A DNA stretch of 64,000 nt from Eutreptiella sp. 'Long Island Sound 2002' (GCA_964036045.1 OZ038378.1:200322001-200386000); one strand, 5' to 3'; counted from the first letter of the stretch, positions 1 through 13,724 are shown. Notes: generated by a model from the letters alone, not told the origin. Numbers and translations: made by a program.

Positions 1-576
1 AACTGTCCCCACGTAACTGTCCCCCGTGAATTGTGCGCCCCCTGGTCGTGAGGGTCAGGTCACATCCTCCGGGGCCCACCCCGGTGTATCTGCCTCGGTT
101 GGGGACACGTGCTTCAAGGAGGGAGATCGGTATGTGTCAACGGGGGAAATGCGGAGGTTATTGGGGCCGTACAAGTCATGAAGGGGGCGTTCCTGCGCAG
201 CGCGCGCACAGCGCGGGCGCAGCGCCCAATAGTCAGGGTTCCCGTGACCACCCGGAAAACCACCCACCAGCCGGGGAGCTGCGTCCACGGGGCAAAGACA
301 GCCGATTTAGATTGAGAACTGACAGCATCGTGGCGTTTGCAGTGCGAAACATGGTTTGTTTTAACTGAGTTTTTGGACTGAGTAGGACTCTGGGGCAGTC
401 TTGTTACCGCGGTCACCTTGGCCATCGGGGAACACGGGTCCAAAATAGCCTACTTTTCGCACAGCGCGTGCCCAGCGTGCGCCCAAAGCGCTCCATACGT
501 GCACGACCTGGTCCGCGGCTGCGGGTCCAAGTGACATTTCTGATACACAACGGAATTCAGTCCGCTGACTTGGGTA

Positions 577-812
577 CAGGCCTTTGCTTAGTGATACTGG
601 GGGGGGGGGGGGGGTCAAATTGGCCCCCGGGATTTTGGCTGACCCACCCACCCACCCACATCAGAAAATTTTTCCTCAGGAAAAAAATGAAATTTATCAA
701 AGAGGCCCGAACTTGGAGGTCGATTTTAGGTACACAAACTTTTTTTTGGCCTCTGACCCACCCACCCACCCCCCCCTGCGGTATACTATCAACCAGACTA
801 AGCAAAAGCCTG
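577..812. mobile_element. Non-autonomous hAT-type MITE, family A copy 1
   Basis: TIRs CAGGCCTTTGCTTAGT (577-592) and ACTAAGCAAAAGCCTG (797-812), 15/16 match; perfect 8-bp TSD CTTGGGTA at 569-576 and 813-820; near-identical copy at 13502-13724. Confidence 0.92.
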
Positions 813-3003
813 CTTGGGTAACCGTGTGACAGTGTTCCATGTGTGAGTGTTGCCGCGAAGGCTACGCGGCGGGGCAGCCATGCCACAGGTACCCCAGGCA
901 AAGGCAACGCCCACCTCTCGCACCCTTGCCAGCCCCCTCCACCTCGATCAGAGCCTGGCTGACAGCCCCTTCCGGTGCGTGCAGAGGTGGTGGCCCCCCT
1001 TGCGCACACAACGGCAAAGGCCCTGAAGGTTGCGGAACCATGTCTGCTCCAAGAGCGCCCACACCTCGTGTCAGCGGCTTGTGAGGGTACAGCAATTTTG
1101 TATGCAACGAGCAAGACTAGGACCCAGCTCGGTCCTAGTCGTAAGTCTTGATTACGTTTGGGTTAGGTAGCAGGAGGTCCATCCTGAAGCCAGCAGCACG
1201 GCTGCCCCAGGTTTGCCAGTTGGTACTTCTGGGTAAACACCCTTTGCTGCGTTTTGTGGAAGTGCGTGTCTAGGAAGAGAGAGGGGTTTTGGCATGTCGC
1301 CTTGGTGTGTTGTTCTCGTGTGGCCTGTGCAGGAGGATGCAGTGGCGTTCTTGGTACTAGAGAGTCATTTACCGGCGTTGCACTGTTCCTCTGTGGGTGT
1401 GTGTTGGGGGATGGCCCCACCCCACCCCACCCCAGCCCGTCGCTTTTGCTCGTGTTGTGCCTGTGGTAGTTTACCCACCGGCAATCGTCAGCCTTCAAAA
1501 GCATGTGATGATGGTATATTGGACAACTTCAGTGCATCGGGTAGAGGGCCAGTCCACAGCCAGGGACCGCTGCAGCGCCACCGCAGCCAACAAGCCCCGT
1601 TGGGATTTGCTGTACCCCAGCACAAGACAGCGCTGTCGTCGGAGATGTGTGACCCCCTCTCCGGTTTTACATGTCCATTGGTCCGGGTTTGGGCGTGGGA
1701 CCAGGAAGCCCTCCGGCAAAAAGTGGCGGTGGCACCGAGATGAGGGCAGGGGGGTGAGCATGGGGTGAAGGTTATGAACGTGCAGAAGGGGCTCAGATCA
1801 ATGGATGATGGATGAAAACGCACGTCGTGTGCCGCGGGTCAACGGCTGGTGATGGCCTAGAGCCCAAAGCCCGAGGCTGGCGCAAGAAGTGCGACGCATC
1901 CGACGCGCACAACGTGGCGTGAGGGCCCGCACTGCGCACCAGCAAGCGCAAGGGCCGGCACCGCCACACGACGGCACGAGGGCGTCCCTGGGCCGCGGCA
2001 GTGACGGCGGCTGTGGCGACCGTCGGGTGCACGGGCCACTGCACAGTCCCCACCTGCTGCCCTCCGCACCCGCTGACACGGGGTCAGGGACGGGGTCGCA
2101 AAAACGAGTGCTGCTGCCCGGCCTGTGGAGGCGCACGCGGCCAGCAGGAGCGGAGAATGCCCTGCGAATCCATTTTGATGGACTGTTTTCGTTTGTCCAA
2201 TATCAAAGAGTGTTTGCATGTTTCCGTGTTTGGGCACCGTGCACCCCTGGCCCTGGGAGTGTCTTCATCCGCCCGTGGGAGTGTCCGCGTGTGCGGATGG
2301 GTGGTGCGGAAAAACCGCGGATTCTGTGGGGTCCCCCCGATTGGAAGCCTGTCTATGGTGGTCGGCGAGCACGCGTCAGCACAAGGGACAGAGAGCGGGC
2401 TGGTCAGTGACCATGGGAGACCATGGGTACCTTTCTGTAACGAGCGAGGGACGAGGGATGTGATTTCGCGCATGGAGCGGCTTTTGGAGGGAAGAGGTTT
2501 GCCCGACGTCACCTCTTCTGAAACAAGATTACGTTTTCGGTTTTCGGGCACTTCTATGAGAAGTCACTACAGGAAGCCTTTTGAAACGGGGGACTGTTGT
2601 GCATTTTATCTGCCAAAAAGGTAAGAGGGTTCGAGTTGTGAAGGTGCCGTGCCCTGATGTAGTCCGCCAGCGGTGTGCGAAAGGCTGCCGTCGCGCCGTA
2701 ACCACGGGACCCGTACATCCACACCAGGCAACATGCGTCACCCCCGCCCCGGGCCCAAAGGGCCCTAAACGGTGCAAGTGCCGTCCACAGTCGTGGGATC
2801 AGGGACGGAAGACGGGACGAGGAAGACTGCAACCGCCACTCCTGTGCACTCCGACAGCGTCCACAAGCCACACAGCCCCTACGGGGGACTCTCGTCGGCA
2901 TCCGCCGACCCGAACCCCCCGCCCCGCCCCCACTTTGTTCATCATTTACCGGGTACAAACAGTTTCGTCTGGAAAAGGTTCTGCGGTGCAGGAGACTTCT
3001 TAC

Positions 3004-3255
3004 GCCGGCGGCGGCAGGGGCGGATGCTCCGGGAGAGCGTTGGTGGGTTCAGCTGCTGGTGCAGCCACCGCCTTCGGTGTCGGGATTGGGGTGGTCCGTA
3101 GTGCCGCCGCCGCGGCCTTGGCACGGGCTAAGTCCTGTTGGCAGTTTTCCAGCGACTGCAACGTCTTCTCGGTGATGGTGGCGGAGGCCCAGCCCGAGGT
3201 ACTAAAATACATGATGATGAACAACGTCAGTACACTGACACTGCCCCATAGCACC
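3004..3255 (-). CDS. Internal exon of a probable type II membrane protein (TM helix, short coiled coil, Pro/Ala stalk)
   Basis: Acceptor TTTACAG at 3256 and donor GTAAGA at 3003; open frame VLWGSVSVLTLFIIMYFSTSGWASATITEKTLQSLENCQQDLARAKAAAAALRTT...PPLPPP. Neighbouring exons not firmly assigned (candidates ~2428-2519 and ~4790-4850). Confidence 0.6.
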
Positions 3256-3550
3256 CTGTAAAGGGATGTGAAGGGCTGTGGAGGGCTGCTGAGGGTTCTG
3301 GAGTTGGGTGTGCTCCAGCGGTCTACCCTTTCGAACGTCCCTTACACCTCTGTAACCCTGTCCAGATTCCCAGGGCCCTTTTAAATCCTCGACAATCCGC
3401 CACAACTCTGTACAATCCATTTACCCCTCAATCCGTTTTCCACCTTTCCAGCCTTGTGCCATCCTCTTCAACGCTGCAACACCCTTTCCGACTCTCCACA
3501 ACACTGTACAAAGCCTCCCCACCTCCCCACCCCATCTCTCTGTGCGTGCG

Positions 3551-3594
<44 letters not shown>

Positions 3595-5164
3595 CGCCCA
3601 TCCGACTCATGCCCTGTTCTTTCACTTCTGTTTTAATTGGACGCCTTTGGCCTGACAAGATTCGTTTAGCGAGCAGTGCTGTGCTCTGTATTGCCCGTTC
3701 GTCTCGCTGGGACATGTTCAGTTGGCCGCAGCCTGAAGGTCATGTACTCGTGAGCCTGGCGGAGGTCTTTTTCCTTGGGATGGCCTATGCCTTCCCCAAG
3801 ATATTCTGGGCCCAAACAACCACTTGGATGTGTGTGTGCGTGCATGCCACCACCCGCCACCCCCTTTCCACACACACCATTGACCACCGGGGTCCATGCA
3901 CACTTCTTGGGTTCCATGGTTTGCCTTCATGCGGGGATGTCAAGTCCCCCCCACCGACCGCCGGTTCAGCCCCTCTACAACACTGTCCAACTCTCTCCGG
4001 CCACCCGTGCTCCACAGCTCCCACCACGGCAACAGAGTGTGAATGTGTGTGTGTGTGTGTGTGTGTGTGTTTACAACCCCTCTTGTCAGTGCAATGTTCG
4101 CAGTATTGTCCCACTCATCCTGTCAAACTGAATTGCCATTCCTGTGAAAACCATGTTAGGCCATGGAAGGGGCTTGGCTGCTTTTTTCCGTAATGCACCT
4201 CCGCCAGTGCCGTAGGCACTAGGTGAATGTCTCTGTAAAACAACTCCGGTTCCATTCAAATAATTTCGCATTGTCTCGCTGGTGCCCTACCCTGGCACAT
4301 GTGGGACTTGGTGTTCTCTTTATACAGCGTGTGTATGGGTATGTGTGTGTGTGCATGTGTGCGTGTTTGTACAGGTTTACGTGTAGCGAAGACTCCACTT
4401 GTGGCACTGATGTGGGTGGTGGGATGACAGAGAGCACCGTCATGGCCACAGGTGAGTGTAATCCACTCAAAGAGGATTAGTGTGCGGACATAGAGCAAAG
4501 TTGCAACCTCAAACAGCAATGGATGCGAACACTTGCACCAAGAATACACCGTATCTTGGGCCACATGGCTCAAACTCCGATTCCGCGGCCACCTAAGACC
4601 CCGCTTTTTGTGGTTTCCATTTATGGTGTGATATATAGAACCAAATGGACGCCCAAACCCCCGTACAAGTACCCACCGGCCTGCGCCAAGCTGCAAGCTC
4701 CAGCCCATACATGCAGGTGCCAAAATGGGTCACCGGGGTCCACCAGAGGCAAAAAAACGCAATGATCGTCGACCACGTGGGATGCTTACGCAGATTCTGG
4801 GGCTTTTGGGGGCCTTTTGGGGGCGCTTCTCCAACATATTATGGAGATGGGGGAGTGTTTGCGGCACGCGCCACTTCTACGGCGTGTTTTCCCGGAGCGG
4901 CCTAGGCTTAGCCCCCTCCTAAAACGGCCCCTAAGGAGAGAAAACCCCTTGGTGGTAAGCACAGTTGCTTGGTCAGAATAGGTGGCCAAATCTCCGCGCC
5001 CCACGCGCGCGCCACATCAGGTGCTCCCCCATAGAGGGCACCGCATGACTTTGACACGGGGAAATCAAGACGCACAAGGAGTGTACCAACCGTTACCCAA
5101 AGGCACCTCCGGGCCTCCTTAGGGGGGGGGGGGTCCAGGGGAGGGGGGGAGGGGGTCCAGGGGG

Positions 5165-5560
5165 GAGCCCCCCTGTGTGACATTCCGTCTGGTTGTTGCT
5201 CCTTTACGGGGCCCTGGACGGTCACCCGTTCTTCCCTTCGCATGTTGCGTCGGGTCGCTACTTTCTGTCGGCCGCTGCGGCCGGTGCTCTTGCTGGTGTC
5301 GTTTCCGCGTTCGCGGAGCCCAGTAGTTGGCGTGTTGGGACTGTGCTGAATGTGGCATGGTGTGCCGTTTGCGTGTCAGCGGCGCCCAATAGTTGGCGTA
5401 TTGAGGATGTGCTGGTTGTTGCCGGGGTCGTTTGACTGTGTTTGCTGTCCACACACCTCTGTCCACAGGCCGTCCATCGCCTGCCTCGCTGTGTTTCTGT
5501 GCGGCCCAGGTGCCCTGTTCCTCCACGCGCTGTCCGGGCCGTCCACCATATGTTCTTTTA
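5165..5560. repeat. Interspersed repeat (unclassified)
   Basis: Its 5' part (CCCCTGTGTGACAT...TACGGGGCCCTGGAC-GTCACCCGTT) recurs at ~49962-50025; no TIR or TSD identified. Confidence 0.55.
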
Positions 5561-5850
5561 CCCCTCACGGTTGGTCTGCCCCTGATGGGCTCCCACTCCT
5601 GTTGCGCAAACAGCCCATCTGGGCTGCGCCCCCCCCCCCCCCCCCGCAACAACATACCCAATCCACAGGGAACAGAAAAATTATTGGAGAATGAACAACT
5701 CAGCACATGGAAATGTCATGTTGTCGGCCGTAAACAAAGGAAATTCATCCTCGAATGTCAATTCAGGGTTCCCACATCTGACCAATACACAACAACTACA
5801 ACAAAGCGGGACATTCACCATCTCATGCCAAATGACAGTGATCTTTCTTG

Positions 5851-6115
5851 TCAGTCAGAATTAGACTCGCCTGAACTGGAGCCTCCATCGGTAGTGGAAT
5901 TGGAACGGTCGCGTGTGGCAATTTTTTGTGCCACAGCTTCAAACTCGCACAGTGTGGCCATTGGTACGCTCAAAAAAAGTGTGGCACATGCCTTTTGTGC
6001 CTCGTTGTAGGCTTCTTGTCTTTTCCGACTGGTGGTCCTATCTTTAAACCTAAAATAGAGCAGCGCATCAATTACGTCTTGGCGTTTTGCGCATGGCGAT
6101 GGTTGGACCGGGGAG
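5851..6115 (-). CDS. Possible terminal exon, perhaps of the coiled-coil gene
   Basis: Acceptor TATTTCAG at 6116, open to TGA at 5851-5853 (AKRQDVIDALLYFRFKDRTTSRKRQEAYNEAQKACATLF...). Phase is compatible with a GTCCAG donor near 6950; the link is not proven. Confidence 0.3.
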
Positions 6116-7149
6116 CTGAAATACACTAAGAACGAGCGTTGGGGCATGGTGGTCTGCAAGACAAGGTATATGGAGCACATGTGGAGCAACACGTACACAG
6201 TATATGGCATGCGCCGAAGGCGCCGAAAATGTTTTTCCCATGACTAAAAAAAGTTCCCAAAACCCAGGTTTTGAGGTGCACTTGAGCTGAGGGGGGAGGG
6301 GGGGAGGGGGGGAGGCCCCCCCCCCTTGCCGGAATGAAAATTAAAGAAAGTCCCTGGGGGGGGCTTCAGAGAGGGGAGCAGGATTGGACCTCCTCCTTGA
6401 GTATGAATGTGCAAGGCCAATACACCAAAACATGGCCATACTTCTTGCTGTATTTGTGCTTCGTCAGTTTGGACTCAAGTTGGAGCTTGAAGAGGGTCCT
6501 GGTGAAGATATCGAAAAAAAAACTGAAAAAAGAAGCTGGTGTGCACTCCGGCTGTGCAATGTACTACACAATGTTTGTCCCATCCCCCCATCATAGCACA
6601 ACGCCTGCTCTTCTTGATCCCCTACATCCTCGGGTGCTCTTCCTGATGACATAGCCATTTCATTGTGTTCCACGTTGTGCATTTCGATTCATTTGGCGTT
6701 TTGATTGTGGGAAAGGGTTGTCATCGGGTGAGTGCTTGGGTTCAGATGACAAACGGTCCTCAGAGCATGAGGTCAAGCTGGACGCTACGTCAGTTGGTGT
6801 CAGAGTCAAATTTGGCGCCCAGTTTTTTCCGGCTGCTTTGGAAGGGTTGGCAAGGGGGGGGGGGGGGCTACCCCTCTCCCGTTTCAAGGGCAGCCCCGGG
6901 TTGGGAGAGGGCAAGATGTAGAGAAAGGTTGGAGGCAATGGACAGGGCTGGACCTCTTCATCTGTTTGAACCCAATCTGCATGTAGAAAGGCACAGGTTC
7001 CCGCGAAGGCCGACTGGGGGTGGCTGGGGGCGCCTGAGGGCGGGACAATATTTCCGTCGGCACTTCTCCTGTGCCCTCAGTGGTGGGCGGTGGGGCACGC
7101 GGTTTGGGGATCAAGGGCTTAGGGACGAGGCTGTGGGCAACGGCGGCGG

Positions 7150-7300
7150 GGGTGGCAGCAGAGGCAGGGGATGCGAGCTCCGCGCGCTTAAGGCGCAGTT
7201 CGACGGCGCGGAGCTTTTCCAACTCCTGTGCGGCCGTGCTTAGTTCGGTCCGTGCGCCCCTGAGCTGCGCCTCTTGCTCCTCCTGTGCGGCCTGCAATTC
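7150..7300 (-). CDS. Coiled-coil protein exon 8 (3' boundary uncertain)
   Basis: Acceptor CCATTAG at 7301, phase 0; ELQAAQEEQEAQLRGARTELSTAAQELEKLRAVELRLKRAE; the frame stays open to 6884. Confidence 0.7.
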
Positions 7301-8654
7301 CTAATGGCGACACACATCAGGCCAAAGGTGGTGCAACACTTTGCTTCCCCTTCTCGAAACCTGAACTCTGGTGAGCCACACATGAAAATCGGTGCCATGC
7401 GAACGTCCAAAGAGATCCCAGGCAACAAATTGGTGGCACCGGGTGAATAGCAGCACGCCAGACGTGAGTGGCAGGGACGTGAATAGTGACACCCTGCTGA
7501 GCCCCCTCCCCCCAACACTTCATGCCCTGGAACCTGGGGGCCTGGTGTTACACGTCCGACATCGGTGGTCGAGAGCACTCTCCAAACTTCACTGCCATAC
7601 GAACAACTGAATATGAACCATGCCCCGGCATGGAAGGGGCGCCCAGGGTGGAAGTGGCACCTGTAGGCGGACGGGCTCCCTAAAATACGTTTCCGCGCCG
7701 TCTGCAGACAAACAATGCAGACAAATCCCCCTGAAAACCCGAAGTAGTGTGCTCACCTAGAAATGCCCACCAGCACACTTACTGAGCCTTTGGGGGAATG
7801 GGTGCACGGTGCGTGCACGGTACGCACCGTTTGGGGCAATTACCCAGGGCATTGTGAGGGGCCCAGAACAGTAGCAGGAACCCTCTCATTTGCACTGCCG
7901 GGGTTGTAGAAGACAGGGGTACCGGAGCAAACCCAAGACAACGACATTGTGTTGCTGAGCTATAGACCAAGGAATAGCATGTACAATGCAATCCTGAGGG
8001 CATGCAGGGTGAACTGGGGCACCAGCTCAGCAACACAGCACCTCATGGGGCAACAGCAAAGCAAAACAATTGCGTCAGGTAAGTTGTCTAAATGAAAAAG
8101 ATGTACGGTGCGCACACGGTGCGCGCGCGGTGCGTCCTGCTCCCCCTGTATGGCAGCCTCTGGACAACTTGCAGCGTCACACATTTACGGCATAACACTG
8201 GGTGATTCGCTGCAGACACTTTCTCGAACAGGTGCAGATGGCGGATTTGGTATTCGCAGGCGGTGCTTTGCAGGGGTGCTTTGCCATCAGTCATTTGACA
8301 CGTTTGTCCTACTTCCTTCAGCCTTCTCCATTTCCCTGTTTCCTTCCCGCCCCTCCTCGACCCCTAAACCCCTGGCTGATGGCTTCTTCCCGTTTCCCCC
8401 TTCAAACAATTATCTGGGCACTTTGGTGCGCAAAATCAATCATTATCCTTGCGACAGCCATGTTTGCCTGTCCCTGTACTCTCCGATATACGTTGGGGTC
8501 GATTGCGGCGCCCTGTCAGCGACTGTGAGACCATATCTCATTTCCCGTGTGGTCCTCCCACTGGTTTTGAGCTGCCCACAATGTCATCATTCTGATGTGG
8601 TGCGGGGGGGGGGGGGGGGCACAAGGCCTCGGTATTAGATTGTTTGCCTTGGTA

Positions 8655-10640
8655 TTAGATTGTTTGCCTTTGGCAGCGCCTATTGGCCTCTCGCCACTGC
8701 TCATTCTGACCCTCTGTGGGTCCGAACGTGTTTTGGTTGTGTCAACGGAGCCCCTGGATGAATGGGGGGGGGGGATATACCAAAAGAGCATCAGGGGAAG
8801 TGGTGTGTAACAGGTGTACGTATAACGGGTGCACCGTTTTCAAGTCCGTCGGGACATATGCGGCTGGCGGAGGGACGGAACTGCACGAAGACGGTCCTTG
8901 TTTCACAACAACCAGGGGCTTCAGGAACCGCTTCACTCGCAGGCACATGGCTTTGCCGCATTGTTTTTTGCGTCTGGCGGCCCCCAGCGCGCCTCACACA
9001 AGATGAGGGAGGGCTGTATGCCGAGGGGGGTTTGGCATGACGCTCGGATGTATTGCTGTCTGCAGCTGGCGGCGCCTATTGGCCTCTTGCCACTTACTCT
9101 TGTCCTGTCCGCCGAACCACTCCTCCATCGGTAGCGGCGCCCATCGGCCTCTCACCCTCCAGTGCCCTTGCTCTCCCTGCCTTACCTCCCAACACCCCCT
9201 TCCTTTCCCTCCGTCGCTTGTGCCAACGGAGCCTCCGGACTCTCCCTGTCTCACAGCTCTGTGTCGGGTCCACACGGAGGAGGGCAACAGCCATTGCCAT
9301 TGGCCAGGTCCGTCCAGGCAGACACCCCATACAAGCGGTGGGGGAACCCTCCCCAACAGCGGCTATTGGGCCCCGGGATGTCCACTTGCAGGGCCACTTC
9401 CCCGCAGGGGGCACATGCCCAGGGAGGGGGAAGGGAGATGAAGGCTGCGTAGGTGTGCCAGTTGGTACTTCTGGGTGCACGCATGGGTGTGGGTTTGTGG
9501 GAACAAATTGTGTCCACTGTTGGCACTGGGCCACTGGGGTGAAGTGAGAGTGGGGCATTCGTGCTCCTACTCACACACGCTGCTCGTGCCCCTCAACGTC
9601 CCTGCCACACCCGCACCGGCAATGCCTCCGATGCGGCCATCCCCATGAGGGTGCTCACCACCACCAACGTGAGGTGTGTGACACAAGGCCAGGGGTTCCG
9701 GGTCACGAAGTGTTACCCATCGGTGGTCGGCGGTGCGCAGCAGTTCCAGGCATTGTACCATTGGCCCTGTTTCCCATGTTTGCATCCATTCACCACACCC
9801 GCGGCAACGCCTTGGCCCCTGCGACGGGCCGATACCCCGTTGTGGGGGGCGGCAACAGGGAAGTGTTAGAGGGGGGGGGAGGGGGGTCTGGGATCCAAAA
9901 TTTTGGGGACCAGAAATGGCCCAACAAGATTCTCCATATTGTAAATTCGTTCTGTCCCACAATGGTCACTTGAGTCTGGAGAGGGGGGAGGGATGGATGG
10001 ATGGATTGATGGCTTGAGCGTTGCGGGGGCGGTTCTCCGGGACCCAGGCGTGAAGCTCTGGCTGCTCAACGGCCCGACCAGCAGTGCCTATCGGCTTTTT
10101 CCTTCGAAGGGCAAAGACAGCCACCGGGACCCTCCCGGCGGCCTGCTGATGGGGCAATCTGAAGTGTGCGAGCGCCCCCTCGTGCACCGAACGTGAGTGT
10201 ACCGATGGCGGGCAACTTCAAGCAGCCCGGGACCCCTCGGACTGCCGCAAAACGTCAGGGCAACTTGAAGCACCCAGGGCCGGCTGGAGCGGGGGGGGGG
10301 CGTAAACCCCCCTCCTACGGTGGTGTACGGCCATTCCAGTACCTTTCCCTTGGGGGGGGGGGGGGGTTGGCATGACGCCATGGTGTGATGATCTCGTCTG
10401 CAGCTGGCGGCGCCTACTGGCCCATCGCCATTCGCTGCCCTTCCCTTGGACCCTTTCCCTCCATAGGCGGTGGTGCCCATCGGCTTCTCACCACCTTTTG
10501 ACCTTCCTCTTCCTCCTTGCCCTAACCTTCCCTCTCCCCTCCCCTTTCCCTTCCCTTGGCCTTTCCCTCTGTAGGCCGCGGTGCCCATCGGCCTCACCAC
10601 ACTCCTTCCCTTCCCTTTCCCTTGGTCGGTTGTGCCAACG
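8655..10640. repeat. Three copies of an interspersed repeat (family B) at ~8655-8760, ~9034-9240 and ~10369-10640
   Basis: Shared motifs GGC(G/A)GCGCCTA(T/C)TGGCC and TGTG(C/T)CAACGG; copies 2 and 3 both begin GGCATGACGC after a G-rich run and contain CTGCAGCTGGCGGCGCC. Confidence 0.7.
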
Positions 10641-10677
10641 GGTGTGTGTGTCTTGGGGGGGGCGGGGGAACTCACAC

Positions 10678-10974
10678 CCGGATCTCCTGCGCCTTGTCCT
10701 CAAGGTCTCGCCTGGTTCTCTCGCAGTCCGCGTCGGCACGCCGCAGCCGGTCCTCCCGGTCCGCGAGCGCATCGTTCGCGGCACTGAGCCTGTCCTCGAG
10801 CCGCCGACGCTCCTCCGCGTGGCTGCGCTGCGACTCCTCCGCGGCCTTCACTTGGAATTGCCACTGCAGGCGCTCGGACTCGCGGTCCTCGATCTCCTGC
10901 TCCCGCTGCCCCACGGCCTCCGTCAGCGCGGCAATCTCCTCCTCGTACTTCTGCAGCCGCGTCTCGTACACCTC
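10678..10974 (-). CDS. Coiled-coil protein exon 7
   Basis: Acceptor CCACGCAG at 10975, donor GTGTGA at 10677; 297 nt, phase 0/0; EVYETRLQKYEEEIAALTEAVGQREQE...EDKAQEIR. Confidence 0.85.
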
Positions 10975-12918
10975 CTGCGTGGGTGCGGGCGCGGGGGTGC
11001 GTGTGCGATGGGTATGGACTGGGGGCTACGGATGGGGGTGGGGGTGCGGGCAGTGGCGCTAGAATGTCAACCCAAAAGAGAAGCTTCGGAATGAGCTCCA
11101 GTGCCTCTTAGAGGCGCAGCGGTTTTGTTTTCTCACAGGTCTTGCTGGCACTGGCATTCACCTGGAATCATTGTTCTGATCCTGCATGTCCTTGGGTGCG
11201 AGGTGAAATGAGTGATCTGCAATGGCATGAGTGGCACAGTGCGAAGTGGTAGATACACGTGCCAAACCCGCGGATTCAAACCCCCACTTGGGGCCCGCTT
11301 AGTGCGACCAAGCAATAGCAACGGATGGACGGCTACCCTCCAACCGCCATTGAGTGTCCTCCAGCCGTACACTGGTTGGCCATCGGCTGCGGGTCGGTTT
11401 CCCGTCGGACCGTCTTCGTTTGCGCTCGAAACGACATCGGCCCCAGGCTGTCTCCGGAGGTGGTGCTTTCAAATATTGAAATGGCTCAAATCTCAATGAC
11501 GAGAAGGGCAATTTATGCTTCGTCGATCAGGCAAAGGCGACGAAGACGTTGGCAGACGTCGGGGGTCGTGGCCCACTTGGGTCACTGACGCCGGAAGAGA
11601 ACCGATAAACTACATCGGGTGACAAACTGTAGACACGGGCCACGCACAGTGTGATGTCAGGCTCGGCAATCGATTGACATGGCGATTGATGGGACGTAGG
11701 ACGTCGGACGATGATCGGTGGCTTCCTGGTGGTGTTTGGGGCTGGGGGGGGGGGGGGGGCTGGGGCAGCGACTGTCAGAGGGTGACCGACGACTGTTGGA
11801 CGGTAACCGACGGCGGGCCTTTAAGGGCGGTTCTTGGTGCAACAAAAAAAGCAATTGCAAGTGTCTTGAGGGACCGCCCTGCTGTGACACGAAGTGTACG
11901 TTCACAGCATGACTCTTAGCATGACTCTTTAATGATGATTGTGTGGGAGGGCATCAGGAGCTACGACGAGATTTTTGGCACAACTCGACTATCCCGGTCA
12001 GCAGTGCCAGGTTCATGTGCCCGTCGCGTTTGCCACGAAGTTGCTGCCCTGCACATCATACAAAGACGGTGTTCATAGCACGGCAAGGCCTGGGGGGCGC
12101 ACTCCTTTGGCCTTGAACAAGTAGTCTGCCATTCCTGGTTTCATGTAAATGCACCCACACCTGCACCCGGACCTGCAATCTACATCAACGCCCACATTCG
12201 CATCCATACCAAAGCCCGTACCACTGGGATCCTGGGGCACCAGCTCAGAAGCACCTCACATTGCAACCGCACTGCTTGGATCCTCTGCAGTGGGTGGCAG
12301 GAGGGAGGAGCGGTGCATGGAACGAAACGAGGAACGCAAAATGAGTGGGTGGGGCAGGGCCCGAAAAGCAATTACAGTGCAAAAGAGGTTGCGTGCCAAA
12401 ACTGCCATTTTATCTGAGACTACCTTGAGACAACCGCCAACAGCCATCAACTGGTCATTGGTTGACCTGGAACTGCTGGAGGTTGGCTGCGAACCGTCGG
12501 CGGTTGAGCGGGACTCCTGCAGCTCAGTGATCAGAAACACCGGCATGCACGGGCTGCCATTCCGGTCCCAGCTTGCCTCTCTGACCTGCGGAGGAGGTCC
12601 TGAGATGGGTCGTGTCGGAACCCGGAGGGGCCACCCATGCCGCGGGCGAGGCAGAGCCGCACAAGACCGGGCCCTGCGTATGGCTGTCGGCGGTTGGAGG
12701 TTGATTGCCGGCAGTTGGCAACTCACCGGCGGTGGTTGGCTCATCGGCGGTTGGAGACTGATCGAAAGCATCTGGTAATCAACCGCCGGCGCTTTGCGGT
12801 TGACCGCCGGCACTGGCCCCGAACTTTCCTGAATTACAAACACAAAATTCGTCTCCTTCAGGCAACCCCCGGGGCGCCGCTTCTGGGAGAAGCCCCCACC
12901 CCAACAGCGGCCCCAGGC

Positions 12919-13173
12919 CAGAGTTCCACTTAACGGGGGTGGGGGGGCGCCACCCCCCCCCCTCTTGTGGTCCCGAAGTGATGGAGGGTAAACCGCCGAG
13001 TCTAAACTGACTCGCACCGAAGGCGCCAGAGAAAAAATTTGATTGGCCGAAGGCCCGGAGCAAAATTTGGCCCAATCACGTAAAGGGGGAGGGGGGTCTG
13101 AGAAGGGGGGGTTGGATGGTCTGGCACCCCCCCCCCCCCCTCTACTGGTGCTGACTTGTTAAGTGGAAGTCCG
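12919..13173. mobile_element. hAT-type MITE, family C
   Basis: TIRs CAGAGTTCCACTTAAC and GTTAAGTGGAAGTCCG (13/16); perfect 8-bp TSD CCCCAGGC at 12911-12918 and 13174-13181; related internal motif (GC(G/A)CCGAAGGCGCC) at ~6204. Confidence 0.88.
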
Positions 13174-13214
13174 CCCCAGGCCCCGCCCTCGCCCCGGACT
13201 CGGGGGCCCTCGAC

Positions 13215-13379
13215 CTGCGCGTGGAGGAACTCCGAGTTGGCCCGCTGCGCCTCGGCCCCGCGCGTGCGGGTCATGTCCTGCACACGCTCCAGAAGGCGGT
13301 GGTGCTCCTCCGCCATCCCCCGCTCTCGCTCCTCGAGCATGTTGACTTGCATCTCCAGTTCCTGAATACGGTCCTGCGC
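13215..13379 (-). CDS. Coiled-coil protein exon 6
   Basis: Acceptor TGCCTCAG at 13380, donor GTCGAG at 13214; 165 nt, phase 0/0; AQDRIQELEMQVNMLEERERGMAEEHHRLLERVQ...FLHAQ. Confidence 0.85.
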
Positions 13380-13501
13380 CTGAGGCAGAGTGAGGGGGGG
13401 TGGGGGGCAGGGCGCGACGGGGGCAGGGCGGTAGAGGAAGAGAGCGAGGAAGAGGGAGGGGGCGGGTGAAAATGGCTCAAGGCGCTACGGTTGCACGGCA
13501 C

Positions 13502-13724
13502 CAGGCCTTTGCTTAGCGATACTGGAGGGAGGGGGTCAAATTGGCCCCCCGGGATTTTGGCTGACCCATCCACCCACCCACATCAGAAAATTTTTCCTCA
13601 GGAAAAAATGAAATTTATCAAAGGGGCCCGAACTTGGAGGTCGATTTTAGGTACACAAACTTTTTTTTGGCCTCTGACCCCCCACCCCCGGTATAGTATC
13701 AACCAGCCACTAAGCAAAGGCCTG
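13502..13724. mobile_element. hAT-type MITE, family A copy 2
   Basis: TIRs CAGGCCTTTGCTTAG and CTAAGCAAAGGCCTG; perfect 8-bp TSD CACGGCAC at 13494-13501 and 13725-13732. Confidence 0.93.

Noticed and set aside
1115-1140. Perfect 10-bp hairpin GACTAGGACC/GGTCCTAGTC as a Helitron 3' end
   Set aside because: No CTRR terminus follows and no 5' TC end or second copy was seen.
9856-10349. Candidate MITE AGGGAAG...TTCCCT
   Set aside because: TIR match is poor and the flanks do not form a TSD.
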